From the NCBI RefSeq assembly GCF_003918875.1, contig NW_025766225.1, forward strand, positions 3,720,001 to 3,784,000: a DNA stretch of 64,000 bases. The letters are read 5' to 3'. This stretch comes from Haliotis rubra (lineage: Eukaryota). The first letter of the stretch is position 1; every line of letters starts with the position of its first letter. The position numbers were made by a program, and so were the translations under genes. Below the pieces are notes generated by a model that saw only the letters and a list, made by a program, of their open reading frames with translations, had not been told where the DNA came from and did not search any database. Positions 41,158-56,987 of this stretch are shown piece by piece.

Positions 41158-42896
41158 ACAATACACTACAAAACTGTCACAAGCATTCAGAAAATGGTTT
41201 TAGTACAAGAAAATCAGCCTACAGCAATAACGGGGGCACGAACAACTGACCAGGATTTGAAACTATATTAATGTCATAAGGCCCCTCAATTTCTTATGCG
41301 AATTCTCGTAAAATACTACAGTCATAATTTTATGAATCTTGACAGGACTTTATCATTACCCAAATAAATAAAAATCATCAGGACACTTTGGGTGACCATC
41401 GGAGAGTGTCCTAGAAGGTAGGGCTGGCTAAAAAGATCGACAAATATTGTCAATTGGAAAAATTATTAAAGATAATTGAAATGAAAACAGTGTCATCAAT
41501 AATATCACACATAAACTTTTGTGATAGAATAAAGTTTTATTACTCACACAATACACAAAGTTAGGTCTTTATCATGGGCTGCTTCTAAATTATGCTCAGG
41601 ACGATGTTTTTGTTAGTAGCCCATGTATAAACATGTCACCCTTACCAGTGAGATGAAACATATTCATTGCTATCAGATATTTTTTGCCATTTGTGCTTAA
41701 AATCACTTCTCCCATATTTATTGATGATCGATATTTCCGATTGTAGATCATAGAGATCGGTAATCGTTAACTCTACATGTATATCGATAGTCATCCCTAC
41801 GAGAAAGCGAACTTATCTGAAACCCTGTACACCTAATTTTAAACTCTGCAAATTCAGTGTGTGTGTGTTTGTTAATTAAGATGAGATGGCAGTTAACTTT
41901 CTCCCTCCTCCCCAAAAAAAACCCCACACACAACAACATTGTTTTGGACTATTCCTCCTTGAAAGTGCATCTGTTGTAATACTCAGGAATAACTGTCATA
42001 GCCAGAAGGTTGAAATATAATGCCAAAGAGTTTCCAAGAGATTGGCAGAGTGCTTAAGTCAAGTTTAAGTGTATTGATCCAAATGTTTACTATGAATGCT
42101 TTGGACAGCCCATTGTTGATTACCTGATCAAACTGACTTCCATCCAAGCAAAATATCTCAAGGTATGTTAAGTTCTACTAAAACTTTCAGTTCCAAAATT
42201 TCTCACTGATGCTTCGAAAAACACTCATCAATACCTTTCAGCAGGTCTGATAAAACAAACCCATAAATTCTGACCATGCTGAAGTGCGCAGGATGCTCAA
42301 AGCAAAACACATTTTTCAGCCTGACAGAAAAGGAAAAACAACCAAGTTGCTCTTTTCACATGTAAAAGAAACGTCTCTAAACCATCACATTAAACAAAAG
42401 CTTTATCCAATGCAAGTCCAAAATAGTTCTTCCAGAGGGCACTTCACACTTGTCTATTTCCAACAACCTTGGCCCTGACATAAGAGATACTTTTACAGAC
42501 ATAGTTTGTCGACCAATTGCTCAATAGCAGTGGCAGTGCAGTTTCAGAACGGCACCTTCAGTCGTTGCAGATCCGCCAACCCAGTGTGCACTGCAGCGAT
42601 CCAACACAAGAAAATCAATCGATGGGAAGATGAGTGGCGATGAAGCCAAGTCATTTTCAAGCATTGCCTGAGGTTTTTTGAAGACAAGTTCCGAATCAAT
42701 GATTATCCTCTAACAGACTGCCACATTTACTGTACAAATACGTTCCCTTGTTTCCTTCTAACTGGGAGTGGGCTGGGATGCTATTTTTCCATGGTCAGCA
42801 TGCTGTGAACCACATTTATGTAACAACACAGCAGTTTTAGGAAAAACCTGAACCAAACCCACTTAATATGTAACCCCAATATGTTAAAACTGACAG

Positions 42897-43061
42897 TGAG
42901 CGGGTGAGTTTAATTTTACACCTTTTTTAGCAATATTCCAGCAATATCATGACGGGGGACACCAGAAATGGGCTTCACACATTTTGCCCATGTGGGGAAT
43001 CGAACCCGCGTCTTCGGTGTGACGAGCGAACGCCTTAACCACTACGTTACCCCACTGCCTC
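42897..43061 (-). mobile_element. SINE family A copy
   Basis: TSD TAAAACTGACAG. Confidence 0.85.
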
Positions 43062-43707
43062 TAAAACTGACAGAACAGGCATCATGACAGGGTGAAGTGA
43101 ACCTAAGCTCAGTAGATCCTGTCACATATAGGGGATATAAATTTGTATGCTCATAAGGAATATTGTTGTCTTGTAGACAATTTGTTCACATCAGTTATGA
43201 GAAGTGAGAAGTAGAATGCTTAAACTTATACAAGAGCGACAATGATAAGCATGAGAAAGTACGAGAGTTAGTTCTACATGACTTTGAACAGTGTTTCAGA
43301 TATATAACAGGGTGTCACCTAAATACTGGAGGAAAGCTGAAAGTGATGCTGATCTCAGATACACACAACTTTGGTGTACCTCACAAGCACAGGTAAGAAG
43401 ATGACAAAGCTAGGAATTTACACTGAGATTCAACCCACAATCACAGGTTCTGTATGTGAGGACAAATGACGCAACAGAAACATCTTTACTTTCCACTTTT
43501 TCAAAGTTCAGCAAGATCATGATTGTGCAAAAGCCAGGAAGGAAATCAAATCCTTGCCAGTGATTGGCCAATTTTTTGTGCTGAAATGACTCACACCATC
43601 GAGAGCAATGCCCCCAACACTTTCGCATATATCTTCTGAGAATGGTTAGGTACAAACTGCATGGATGATATGGTAAGCATACACAGACACTTGATATAAG
43701 TGGACAG

Positions 43708-43940
43708 TGAGTGAGTGAGGGAGTTTAGTTTTACCCCGCACTCAGCAATATTCCAGCTATATGGCGGCAGTCTGTAAATACTCGAGTCTGGACCAGACAA
43801 TCCAGTGATCACAGCATGAGCATCAACCTGTGCTGGGAACTGATGACATGTGTCAACCAAGCCAGCGAGCCTGACCACCTGATCCCGTCTTACAACAAGC
43901 ATGGGTTACTGAAGGTTCATTATAACCCGGACCTCACGGG
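43708..43940 (-). mobile_element. SINE-like family C (about 235 bp)
   Basis: 13-bp TSD TATAAGTGGACAG; (CACT)n tail and 3' end resembling family A. Confidence 0.85.
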
Positions 43941-44653
43941 TATAAGTGGACAGGGAAGACAGACTTGACACCAAGTTCACATCATTCCACTTTCAGCCAA
44001 TAAATATCTGTACAAAACTGCACTCAAATTCTATTATGGGCTTGGAAATTACTCTATTCTGATAGGTCAATTAGAGGTATCAAATTACAATAACTACCAG
44101 TGATTATCACTATCAAACTATTATGACTGGGATTGAAAAGTTCATTTGTAGTGTTTCATGACAATACTTCAGCGACAAGACAATGTTTCTGCTTCATGTA
44201 AGATGAAGACACTGAAGTGATGCTGCTCAGTGATGTTAGCCACTCCATGAACATCACCAGCATGCAGCTGACCAAGCATTGAAACTGGGCTGAACCAATG
44301 ATAAATGGCATCACTGCTAAACAAGACAATTAAAACTGCACTGACTTTTGCCAACAGACCATAAATGTACTTGATATGCTTTAGCTGTAGAACTATATAG
44401 GGTGTCTAATATATGAGACTTTGGTTGGGACTTGTTACATAAATTTCAAAACATACAATAACTTCCACTAAGAGTTCAGAAGAGAACAACAAATATCCTG
44501 TTGTCGCTGCATCCCGATATTATTGTTCTTACACCAGACTTGCTTTAGGTTATGTCATTAGCTCCACTTTGAACATCATGATTCAATATCTATTTTCACA
44601 TATTTACAGAGAGTGGGAGATATTTCGTCGTAATCACCAATCAAGACTCTTAC

Positions 44654-44712
44654 CTGATATGTGTTGTCAAAACTGTCATACATGAACCTTGTGATAAGTG
44701 ACGTCTTTCCCA
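44654..44712 (-). CDS. Rab6: Rab6 coding exon 2 ([20 protein letters not shown])
   Basis: tgtttcag acceptor, 59 nt, GTAAG donor; completes the GKT P-loop; phase matches exon 1. Confidence 0.97.
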
Positions 44713-47115
44713 CTGAAACATAGTAAAGGTAAAGCTAAAGATATTTTTATAACATTCTTTATGTCAAAAAACACCTCACTCCATGCTTATCACATACACC
44801 ATTCCTTAGGGAGGGTATCCGATTCACTGGCCAAACTGGTCTAGGTGGGCAAACAGCTACCACAGCACCAGCTCCCTATGAGAGTTAGTCACAGAGTTAT
44901 CTAATAACTGCCCATTGATAACTTACCAGTAGCTAGAATGTAGATATTGTATCAGTAGAAAACAACATTCTCATCTTAGAGCCTTCATGATCCCCTGTCA
45001 ACATGGCTAAATTTGGCAGCTAACACTCTTTTTAGTACCTTGTCCTACTAATGCAAGGGTCCAGTGGACCCCAAAATAATTACATTTAAAACAAAAACTT
45101 GGAATTTCAAGTGAAAAAATTGGTACAGTTAATAAATTGTGTGTCCCTCAGCATGCAAAGTATATATTCTCTGTGTGTGTATGTTTGTGAGAAGTGGACT
45201 CAAATTTCTGGATGGAATAGGCTGCTTCTAACATTAAACTGCAAATAATGTCAATGTAAATAACAAAATGACTTCACCAATATGATAAAAAATGATAAGT
45301 TGATTTGTTGATGATAATAAACATATTTTTCAGCTTCATCAGGCCAAAAAACGAGAGTAGAGCAAGTATTTATTACCCTCTCTACCTAATTTTGGCATTC
45401 TGCATCGCTACAACCATAGAAATGCCAAATAATCATGTTTATGATTTAGTTTGCTATCTACTACAACTTAGTACAAGGCAAATCTTGTATCATGATAACT
45501 GGATGGTGTTATCATGTAGTACATTGTATTCTAATATTCTGAATGACTATTGTTTATCTTTTCCACAGCTGTCTGCAATATTCCAGCAATATCATTGCAG
45601 CCTACAAATAATCTTGCCTGTGTACTGTGTGTAGGCCAAACCAGTGGCTGATGTAATGCACACTGTCTCATGCCATCAAGGTAGGGTAACCATGGTAACA
45701 TGGAACTGTGATGTGACCAAAATTACACTTGTCTCTAAGCATGCCTACAACTGATCCCTTGAGGGTTCATATATTTCAGTAATTCTTACGAACATGCATT
45801 TCCTCTTTCTTGAAAAGGCTCATTTCCACAATAGATGACATGTCACCCTCTACATCAGTGAGTGATGTAAGTCCATGATATACAGTGAATACATGTTAAT
45901 TGGCTGCCAGTCTGGTACCAAATACATTGTACAGACTAATGTTGCTTCCTGGAAATGTCATCAATAATGGTCCCCTTTTCTCACTTCCCCTGGGACATGG
46001 ATGTGAAGCAGCTGACGTCCCCCATGGCCACATAGCCCCATCTTAACAACTTCTCTATTCAAATTTTAGCTTCCGCATTTCTCCATCACGTTCATGGTCA
46101 ATGAATCAAAAATGGTTTCAGTTTAAATTCCAGACATTATATATAGCCAGTCATTAAGCCCTACAGTGAGAGTATTACAGACATAATTCTTCACTTATGG
46201 ACTCAGTACTGCAACAAAGATTTAGCTGAATATTAGGCTAGGGATATTACCAGGTAGTCTGTCATACAGACCCTGAAACAAATTTATCCAAGAAAGCCCA
46301 TGGAAGTCTGGCAAGTCTAGATTTCCACAGTTTCTGAAAATGAAGAAAGTCTCTAGGCTCCTTTTCATTATATTTTATGATTATAATTTAGGAACTGCTT
46401 TTTTTCTGCAAAATATGTTCATTACAGAGATTAGATGTTAGTCTAATTTATACCAGGGTATTGTGATATCAATAAATTTGTATATTGATACAGTATTGAG
46501 ACAAATTTATGAACATTGATTCTCTTTTAATAATTCATTAAAGACAATCGACATTTATTAAAATCACAAATTCAAAGGATCAGCTGAATTAAAATATTTA
46601 GGATTAAATAGAATAATTGCTTGTGTACATACATAGACAAATTGTATCTATGCACATACAAAATAACCATATGCCACTTTCAGCAATATTCCTGTTATCA
46701 TGTGTTTAACATTGGTAAATGTTGTCTCATCATTCAAGTTACTGTAACTATGGTGACTGCACTTTGCATTCAGGGCAATGAACCACAGCATTTCAGTTCT
46801 TAATATATAAGTAACCATATTGTCAGTAGAATAACAAAAAAAATTAAATTTAAAATTAGGAATGAAACAAATAAACGCAATAAGTCTTGCTCAAGGTATC
46901 CGCCACTGGGTGATTGTGAAGTAAAAGTAAAAGTCATGTCAACTGAGATTAGCCCAGTAAGCTAATGAAAGAGAATGGGATTACAGTAAAATGTATACAT
47001 ACAATGCTGAGAGCTAATTTCAGATTCGCAAACTTTTTTGGCACAGACAACAGACTCATCCGACCCCTCTGTTAGCATGGTTAAAGTGATCTCAACTATT
47101 ATATTCCTGAGTCAA

Positions 47116-47476
47116 AGCTAACGTATGTTATATTTGGGATTACACTTTCTTAGTAAATATGTCGTTGTGTATTTCATAGCTTTCGGTCGTGGGAGCCGTG
47201 CCAAATAACACTTATCAGAGGGGTACACAAAGTCCGCAGACTAGACTACCAGTTGTCTGACTTCCTTTTTTGTGGAAGCCACGGTGGCTGAGCGGTCTAG
47301 GCGTCTGACTTTGTGTGCTGGGGATTAGGTGCCTAACTCTGAGGGCGTGGGTTCGAATCCTGGATGGGACTCAACCCCCCAAAAGTACTAGAATCTGTAC
47401 TTTACTAAGAAAGTATAATCCCAAATATAACATACGTTACATTTGACCACTTTCTAAAATATGGTGTTGTGTATTT
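47116..47476 (+). mobile_element. Composite element with internal tRNA-like Pol III head, inverted and direct repeats
   Basis: CTGAGTCAA on both flanks; A box GTGGCTGAGCGG and B box GGTTCGAATCC; about 47-bp inverted repeat. Confidence 0.6.
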
Positions 47477-48286
47477 CTGAGTCAAGGCATCCTACATTGT
47501 ACATGCATGTACTGGGACTGTAACGATTCACTCGCATATTCATGAATCAAACTGTATCCCTTCAAGAATTCAATTCATTATTCGTACTCACTACAATTGA
47601 ATATGCATTCATAAAATGTCATAAAAATGAGTGTTTATCAAAATGAGATATGAAAAATGAAATATGTCCAAGCCATGATGGAAAACTGTCAACACCCTCA
47701 TATATCATGTACATTGAATTGACTATAATGTGATCACAGGTCATTGTTGTGAGAAATTATCACCGTCGATATGATCAAAACAAGTCAAGAATTCTATTTT
47801 GATATTGTTTCATAATGAATTAGAATACTACATCTACTGTGTCTACTTGCTATTGTACTGTAACCAGATATTCATGATATGTATCACATTTGCCTCACAG
47901 TGGATTCGCTGCAGACTGAGTATATACACCAACAAAATCCATTGTGATAAAACACAAGGCATCAAACAGATAAACCAATAGCGGTATTAACAGGTAATGT
48001 TCTACCAAGCTAGATATTATCTGTTGCTGATTAGTACTCAGTAGTTTGTAAACAGATAAAAATAGAAGAGAATAACCAAAACACTGACAACTAGAACATG
48101 TACATGTAAGATCATTCTCCCATAATACTAATGAAAATCAAACAAACTCTAGATAACAGGAACCCATTGAATCAACTTAATTTTACATCTGCATTTTTCA
48201 ACGGGTCAACACAGTTGTCAAGACCTAATCTGACAATGACAGTACTCAGTCCTGCAATGTTCTGAAATCAAAGTGTTCAAAGATAT

Positions 48287-48500
48287 TATTATTATCATTA
48301 TTATTATTATAGGATAATTATATAGCGCACATATCCACGCACTAGAGCATGCGCAAGGCTCTGGTATTTTTTCCCTCGATCATTGGATGTCAATCTCAAC
48401 GGCACATCACATTATCAATCTCAACTCCCTGGGGAGTATACAACTCTTGCAGCCACTAGGCGCACCGAGTTATTGTGGCTTTCTCATCCTATTGCTACAG
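48287..48500 (-). mobile_element. 3' half of a SINE/LINE with (AAT)n tail
   Basis: GCGCTATATAA...(AAT)n, an L2/CR1-type tail, on the minus strand. Confidence 0.45.
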
Positions 48501-48708
48501 GCCCATGTTCCCAACACATTATGGAGATTCAATGCCATGGGCATTATTGACCCTAACATTGGTCATGTCATCATACTGATAACACATGCTGATGCTCAGT
48601 CAAAAGGTTAGAGGTAACTGAGATAATAAATATGTCAAAGGAAAGTTTCATTTTTTTACTTAGAGAACAAATCAAATTGCACTTAATTTTCCTCAATAAT
48701 CAGAAAGT

Positions 48709-48874
48709 CTGACTGACTGAGTTTGGTTTTACGCCGCTTTTAGCAATATTCCACCAACATCACGACGGGGAACACCAGAAATGGGCTTCACACAATGTAC
48801 CCATGTGGGGAGTCGAACCCGGATCTTCGGCGTGACGAGCCAACGCTTTAACCACTGGGCTACCCCACTGCCCC
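48709..48874 (-). mobile_element. SINE family A copy
   Basis: TSD TAATCAG(A/G)AAGT. Confidence 0.85.
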
Positions 48875-51800
48875 TAATCAGGAAGTATCTTTTTTATCAA
48901 CACAAAATCTTTTTCATAAACATTCTATTTTCCTAGATATTACAGTTTGTTTTCTGTGAGTGATTTTGATATGATAAACAATTTGAAAGAAAAATTATAA
49001 TTCTGAACTGTTTCTATGCAACATATTACTGATTAGTGCATTTCTGAAGACATGGCAAAGAATTAAATGCTTGAACATTTTAAATACACTTTCACTTAGG
49101 CAACAGAATATTTTAATCTTCATGAGAGATTTGAAAACACGCTTGCATCTTTGTCATAAATTGGAAGTAATTTTTGAGAGGGTAGTGTGATGCTCTCCAC
49201 TGATGTAGCTGGGCAACCGAGATAAAAAGCAATGGTCGAACAATCACATCCAAAAGTGGAAAACACATCGTAATCAGTTTGTGGACAAGAGGTGCAGACA
49301 ACTGACACGAAAATTGGGAGAATATTTAAGAAATAGCAAACTCCAGTCTTCTTGAAATGAACAGCATTGCTGAGATTAGATTGTATTCATGATGCATCAG
49401 GTTGTTTAAATACGAGTGAATGTTGGAAGCCTGTATATTTTGTACTTTGTATTATGTAAATAGTGCTGATCTCTCACAAGAAATAAACGTCTCATTATCA
49501 CTGTTTATCGTACAATAAAACACTGCAGGAAGAACCAACCACTTGGGGCTCTGCCCCTTATAGTTTATTCTTCCTGCAGTGTTTTATAGTATGATTAACC
49601 AGACCCCCAGGTCCTCTGTTTCATAAATACTGCGCACATTGGTTTGGGGCAACAGACTGATCTTTGTTATTGCTATCACTTGACCACAGTTAGTAATTAT
49701 AATGTATTTTAAGTTCAAATCCTTATTAGGGTGGTGGGGTAGACTGGTGGTTAAAACATTGTACATGGGTTCAAGGTTTGAAGCTAATTTCTGGTCTGAA
49801 ATTGTGATATTGCTGGAATATTGCTAAGAGTGATGTAAAACCCTACTCACTCACTGAAAACAATTTATTTCAAGAGCAAAAGGTGTCCTACAACATGTAG
49901 AAAGCTTACATTACACATATAAAGTTTGTTTGCTTTATATGCCAGTAAAATATAAATCAGGCTGAAAATTAATGTTCTATTTACAGTCTTTGTACCTCCA
50001 TGTACCATGTAATAAAGTTAAAGCACAAGGATGCTTGAAATCCAGTGCTTTAACCATGTTAACAGTATTATAGTTCAAGGCAATCATAACTGTACTTTAT
50101 GACACCAAACTATTTTTTCCTTTCTAAGATGCCAAATTTTATACTTACTGTCACTCTATGGCAAAAAAATACAAGCAGAAAAACGATATTGTCGTGATCA
50201 AACAACAATAATTGTTCAGGGCTAACTGACGTGTTGTTCTACTGAGATGTCTGCACACCAAGTTAAGAAACATCTTACCAGTAGAACAAATGAAAAAAAA
50301 GTGAAAAGACGGTTTTCATTCAGCTTAAACATTTTCACTTTGTTATTTTAATTAAATTGGTAATTATTGTAAACCATATTGGCCAATATGCATATCATAT
50401 TTTCACTTTCAGTACAAGTTTAGATCATTACATCATGCTTAAGTAGACTCGTCACTAGACATTCCATGGATGCATTGTGGAACTGTGGACATAGGCCTAG
50501 TTAGTGAACGTTGCTGTGTTGCTGTTTAAATTAAAATGAAAGCAAATATGAGGGTTTTTTCTTGAAAAAAGTTAAACGTGATGTTTCCACCTGTGATGTT
50601 AGCCGACTGAAGCAAGTGCAAGGCATGAAATGTAGTGCAAAGCAGTTAGTTGCATTGTAGGAGACTGTACTGGGCAATGATGACTGACCTGAATAGTACT
50701 GCCTTTGATCTTTAGCATAGCATCTTTACATCACGGTTACACTTTCTCATGGACAGCCACAGCATGACATGTCTTTATCCACTCATGTGCATATTTTTGT
50801 AATAAATACAGTCATGCCTTCTATATATTTATGTAAGTACCATATACCAGAGGTGCTGAAACATGAAACTTTTCCACTTTGCCTGTGCAAAAAGATTACT
50901 GGTATCAAAATCTTCTGACTCTGGTTGAATATCCTGAAGGCAACTAATGTCCCCTCTTATGCCAGTTGCCTTTCCAGTTAGAGGCACAAGTCTGTTTTGA
51001 ACCATTACCATTGATTACAACTTAAACACATGAGTATCAATTACAATATTTACAAATTGTGCAATAACCTGTCCTATTTCCTGCTACAGTTAGAATTACC
51101 TTACAGCTGATCCATGTGTGTGTTGTGTGTGTGTTGTTTGTGTTGTTTGTGTGTGTTGTGAGAGTATAATATTAGCTACCGGTATATCTGTCATACATTA
51201 ATAGGTTAAATTAATATGTCATCAGAGATAAACATAACTGTCTGTAGCAATTTCTTGTTAGCCAGGCAACAATGAACATAAATAATAAAATAGTTTATAA
51301 TAAAATCAGTACAAAGTAAACTCTGTAAGACTTATACGACTGCATTGATATACAATATTGGCATGTTCTGACACCCCTTGTGTCAATATTGACATTCAAT
51401 GAAAACATTTTAAGCATCTCACAAAATGCATTCTCTTGCTCATGTCCATCTCTAAGAGCATGAAATGAGAATTGAGCTTGTACAACAACACTGATGTATT
51501 TGATTATCTCATGGCATTTAATTTTTGTTTCCTGTTTCCTGACATCACTAAACTATGAATATGTGTTTTCAAAGTGTGTCGGTATATTTAATTTCATCAT
51601 GATCATATCAATGCAATATCATTTAAAATGAATAAATATGCTTAATAATATAGTTTTAGAATAAATATTTAACATGTTTACTGAAGAAAAATTGTTGAGT
51701 CTGGATAAACATTTTACATGTTTACTGAAGAAAGTTAGTCTGACATAGCAGGCTATCGAGACCGCTAAATGCATAAAATTCCTGGACACTTAAGTACTGG

Positions 51801-52352
51801 TTGACCTAATTTAGTAGTCATGGTGAACTTTCATTGATCATGAATATTCAGTAACATTAAAACGTCTGAGTTAAGATTGGCATTGGAAATTGCACGTGAT
51901 AGTTTCACAAAACTAAATCGTATGAGGTGTGTGGCTAAATTTTGACAATGATTCATGCTAAGTGTAGGACACTGTGTGACATGGCAATACCAAGCTGTCA
52001 AAATATGTAATGACGCTTCTTAATACATTCCACCTCGTTTCACAAATTTTACAAGAGGAATAATCAACAGAATCAACTGTGTATGGAAAAAAGATACAAA
52101 ACATAGTCATAAAATGCATCGACATGAAATAAACGAAAAAGGGAGGGGCTATTTATTGGCGATTCAAAGAAGGATCAAACACGATAAATATTGAACGAAA
52201 TAAGCCATTTTACACAACAATGTCTACTGATTCACCGCCATTCTCCAACGTTATTTGATGTCCATATATAATCAGTTATTGAGATGTTACTAAAACAATA
52301 ATATTATATGAATGTGTGGTGGAAATAAATTATCAAGATCATGATTTTTTTA

Positions 52353-53110
<758 letters not shown>

Positions 53111-56100
53111 GTATTGCTTGTGGTGTCTATACGGCGTTGTCGGTTAATTTATTTATTCACGGTTGTATCCAAGGCGTCACAACGCATCTAGTTGAAATGT
53201 TAATGACTGTTGTGGAAAATCCGAAAAATGTCAATGTTGGAAGCGTTTAACAAGATGGAAAATGTTCACATGACTTAGGCTAGCCTTGACCAATGTTTGT
53301 GAGATGATGTTCGACTGTGCTCTTGGTTGAAGAATAGTTTATGTTCAAGTGGGACTTGCTCCTTATATTTGTTTTGAAAATCAAGTGTGTTTGATGAGTT
53401 GATGAAAAACATAATTAAACTGGGGAGGTCACCATCAACTCAAGTTAAAGGGTGTTTTTTTGTTGTTGTTTTTCTTTGTGTTGTTTATTAATTAAGTAAC
53501 TTTACTTGGTGGAACCGGGAACCGACAGTTAGACAGACTACAGAATAGGTAGACAATTGTACAACTCTGTCATGAGTTGTCTTTTTCTGTTGCAGGGTTG
53601 TTTAGGATTCGTTTTACTTAATGAAACAAAGGGACATACATTTGGAGAAGGTCTACTTAGTATGGACATTATTTTGAGACGGTCATAAAATTGTGCGCAG
53701 TTTATAACAGTCTCTGACCAAAACAAACGTTTATAAATGAAGCTATTCAGCTAATCACATACGAAGATGTGTTCCTGTGCAAATGAGTTGTTCTTATAAA
53801 CATACAATGAGAACACATCAATAGAAAGTACACTGAAGGACACCAAATCACTTTCATATTCAGTTATTCATTGGGGCTATTCATATGTGTTCACAATGAA
53901 TGTTTAGCTTTGCCATGGTAACTGTATAATATGTTGACTGTACAACAATAGATGATGACTGTCCATACAACCCAGGTATGAGGTCTCACCTTGTACCAGC
54001 CTATCACTTCATTACTGTACCTTAGGGATTTATTGAGACCATCAGCTCACATGCATATATTTGGCCCAAAGTCTGGAGCATATATCAGTTCAAATTCTTA
54101 ATTTAAATTTAACGTTTGGTAATTTCAATAAATTTTACCTACAAAAGAACAAAATAATTTTCTTTCCAATATCCATGTTTTGTTTGGAATCCTGGATAAA
54201 TTCCTGCTGTTGTACTCAAACCATATAACTGATTATAATATTTTATTGGTAACTGAAAACTTTTGATGATGCAGAATACATGGTTTCCTAGAAAGATTAA
54301 ATGCCTGAATGCTCAACAACCACCTGATAGAGTGTAAATGAGAGGCCTACTAGTCCTTCACATTTTCTTACCCGTCAAGGGTGTTGGGGTAATCTAGTGG
54401 TAAAAGCGTCCACTTGTCACCCTGAAGACCTGGGCCCACTTGCCAAAACAATCGTAAGAAAACAATTCTAGGTTTTGTCTACAATAGCCATTGACTTGCA
54501 CAAAGCGATTGTAGGCCAAGATGGAAACTTACAATATTGATCCAGACCAATCTTAAATAGCCAAGATTGTCACACAAATAATCTACTTTACATTAAAGGG
54601 TTACTTTATTTTGCAAAATCTTTATAGTTGAGTTGAGTTGGATTTTACGTTACATCGGCATTACTCCAGCCATATAGTGACGAGATCAAGTCTGAATTAA
54701 TACACATTTTAAGTAGAAAGTCCAAATGAGTTTTATTCTACTTTATAATTAACATGGAAATTTCAATAACACAGATTAATGTCAGAAAAATAATTGTTTG
54801 CAGTAGTGAACCACATAACTATTGATTGCTAAAAGTACCATTCCCACCCAAGTCCATGTTGAATGAAAGTGTGAAACAACGTTCCTTTTTGATAATCAAG
54901 GGAAGGCTGATAACTGGGGTGTGTACAAATGACTAATAATGGCCATGACCTTGTTAATAGTGCAAAGGCAGTTTGCTGATACACGTATATATGGTAATGC
55001 CTGTAGAGTCTGCAATGAAATACAAGTTAGCAGGCACAAATATACAAGTATCTTTCTCCTTCTTAAATCTGATTATGAGAGATGAAAGATTAGCATTTTG
55101 ATTTATGCATTTTAGATAAATGCACTTATTCATCAAACATACACAAACATATGAAATATTTGTAGAATTTTTTAGAAATAGCAAAAGAAGTTCACATTTT
55201 GGAAATAATTTTTTCAACATAATAGTGTTATATAATTATTACACAGTAAATATATATAAAACAACTGCTCTTTTGAAATATTATTTCTTATTCTTTTTTC
55301 ACTGCCATGCATTCTTCACAACGTTCCCATAGCCATAACATTTCATATAGCAATAAAACAAACATGTGGGATATACATATGTTATATTTCACTAAATTTT
55401 GCACCTGACTGATGCAAATTATACTGACCCAGATCGTACATCTATGTGCTGTGTCATAACGAAACAATACTATTGTGTATTTTTTATATGAAATTTTGGA
55501 AATGATGACTCAGGCACCATTGAGGTTGTAAGAGGCAATCGGATCAGGTAGTCAGGCTTTGTGAATTGATGTGTCATTGTACCCTGACAACCTGGATCCT
55601 TGCTCTTCACTTGATTGTCTGGTCCAGTCTGTATCATTTACTGGCCTCTGTCAAGTTAGTTATTGCTGAGTGTGACATTAAACAACAAAGATTTCTGTTT
55701 TCTATTCTTTTGCAATACTCAGAGTAAAATTTGTCTTGTTTTGAAAACTTGGTTTGCAATAATATTTACCATATTTACAGAAAGTACACCAGGGGTTCCA
55801 CGAAACAGGTTGATCTGTGCGCTAAGATGACCATAACTCCAGTACTTCAATGAATACTTACAATTACTTTAGCACTAAGACTGATTTGTGGAATTGGCCC
55901 ACAGGTTTCCACAGAGGGAACCTATCGCTAAGGTGATCCTAACTCCCATACTTGAACATAGACACAAGGCAGTTATACTATAGCTCTAAAATTACCTTGT
56001 GAAATGGGTCCCTGCGGTTCAACAAAGCAGTCATAGCACTAAGATGATCGTGACTCCCATATTCTAAGACTTTGCGCTAAATCACTTTGTAGAACTGTAG

Positions 56101-56195
56101 AACAGGACCCTAATCAGTAATAATACTTCAGAATGTGTGTTTTACTTTACAGACAACAAATCAGCATGATCTTTGGTCTCTGAAAATCTGTCACG

Positions 56196-56759
56196 ATGAT
56201 GTTTGAAGCGCGCCTGATTCTCGACTCTACTACGTAGTAGAAGAAAACGACCTGGTGAAACTTCAGGGACTCATTGACGAAGGCAGAAATTTAGATGAGT
56301 TTTATTTTGATGATCAAAACATCAGCACAAAGTCACTTCTACACGTAGCCTGCGAAAAGGGAAGATATGATTGTGTGAAACTCTTGATTGACAACAAAGC
56401 TTCCCCGTTTGTGCGAGACAAATGGGGACAGTCACCACTTATGTACTCAGTTGCATCCAGACATGCTGATGTAGCAGAACTGTTGTTGCAGAAGAATTGT
56501 GACATTATCGATGATTCAGACAGTCATGGGAAGTCAGCCTTGCACTCGGCAGCTGAGATCGGGTATGTTGAAGGCATCAGGGTGTTGCTGAAGTATGGAG
56601 CCAATGTTAATCGTCAGATGATGGACGGGGAACACAGCCTTGAGCCGAGCCATCTGTGAGAGAGATTTGGAAAACTGCATAGAAACTGTTCATATGTTGA
56701 TCGAAGGTGGAGCTGACTTGAACATACGAGACAGGAGATGTAAAAGGACTGCTTTGCAG
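56196..56759 (+). CDS. Ankyrin repeat/SOCS box protein, first coding exon (ankyrin repeats; two apparent 1-nt frameshifts near 56210 and 56630)
   Basis: Acceptor tttactttacAG at 56152; ankyrin motifs LLHVACEKG, GQSPLMYS, GKSALHSAA, GANVN, then after the frameshift GNTALSRA...GADLN; donor CAG/GTGTGT at 56759. Confidence 0.85.
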
Positions 56760-56987
56760 GTGTGTAAAGTTCTGTTGATGATGGCTGATTGGCTGAATTA
56801 ATAGTATTTATACACAGCAGGTTTTAGATATAAGAGAAATAAATGAAATTTGAGCAATGAATATTAATCCTTCCTAATTAAGCTAATACATGGTATGGTA
56901 TGTGGCAGTTTGACTGTGTTTTGTCTGAGAAGGTTTTAATTTTATACCTATGCAAACACTTGCATTTTCTCAAATATTGTCCAAATA

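Noticed and set aside
47274-47370. Functional tRNA gene
   Set aside because: A and B boxes are present but no acceptor-stem pairing or clean anticodon arm was seen, and it is embedded in a TSD-flanked element.
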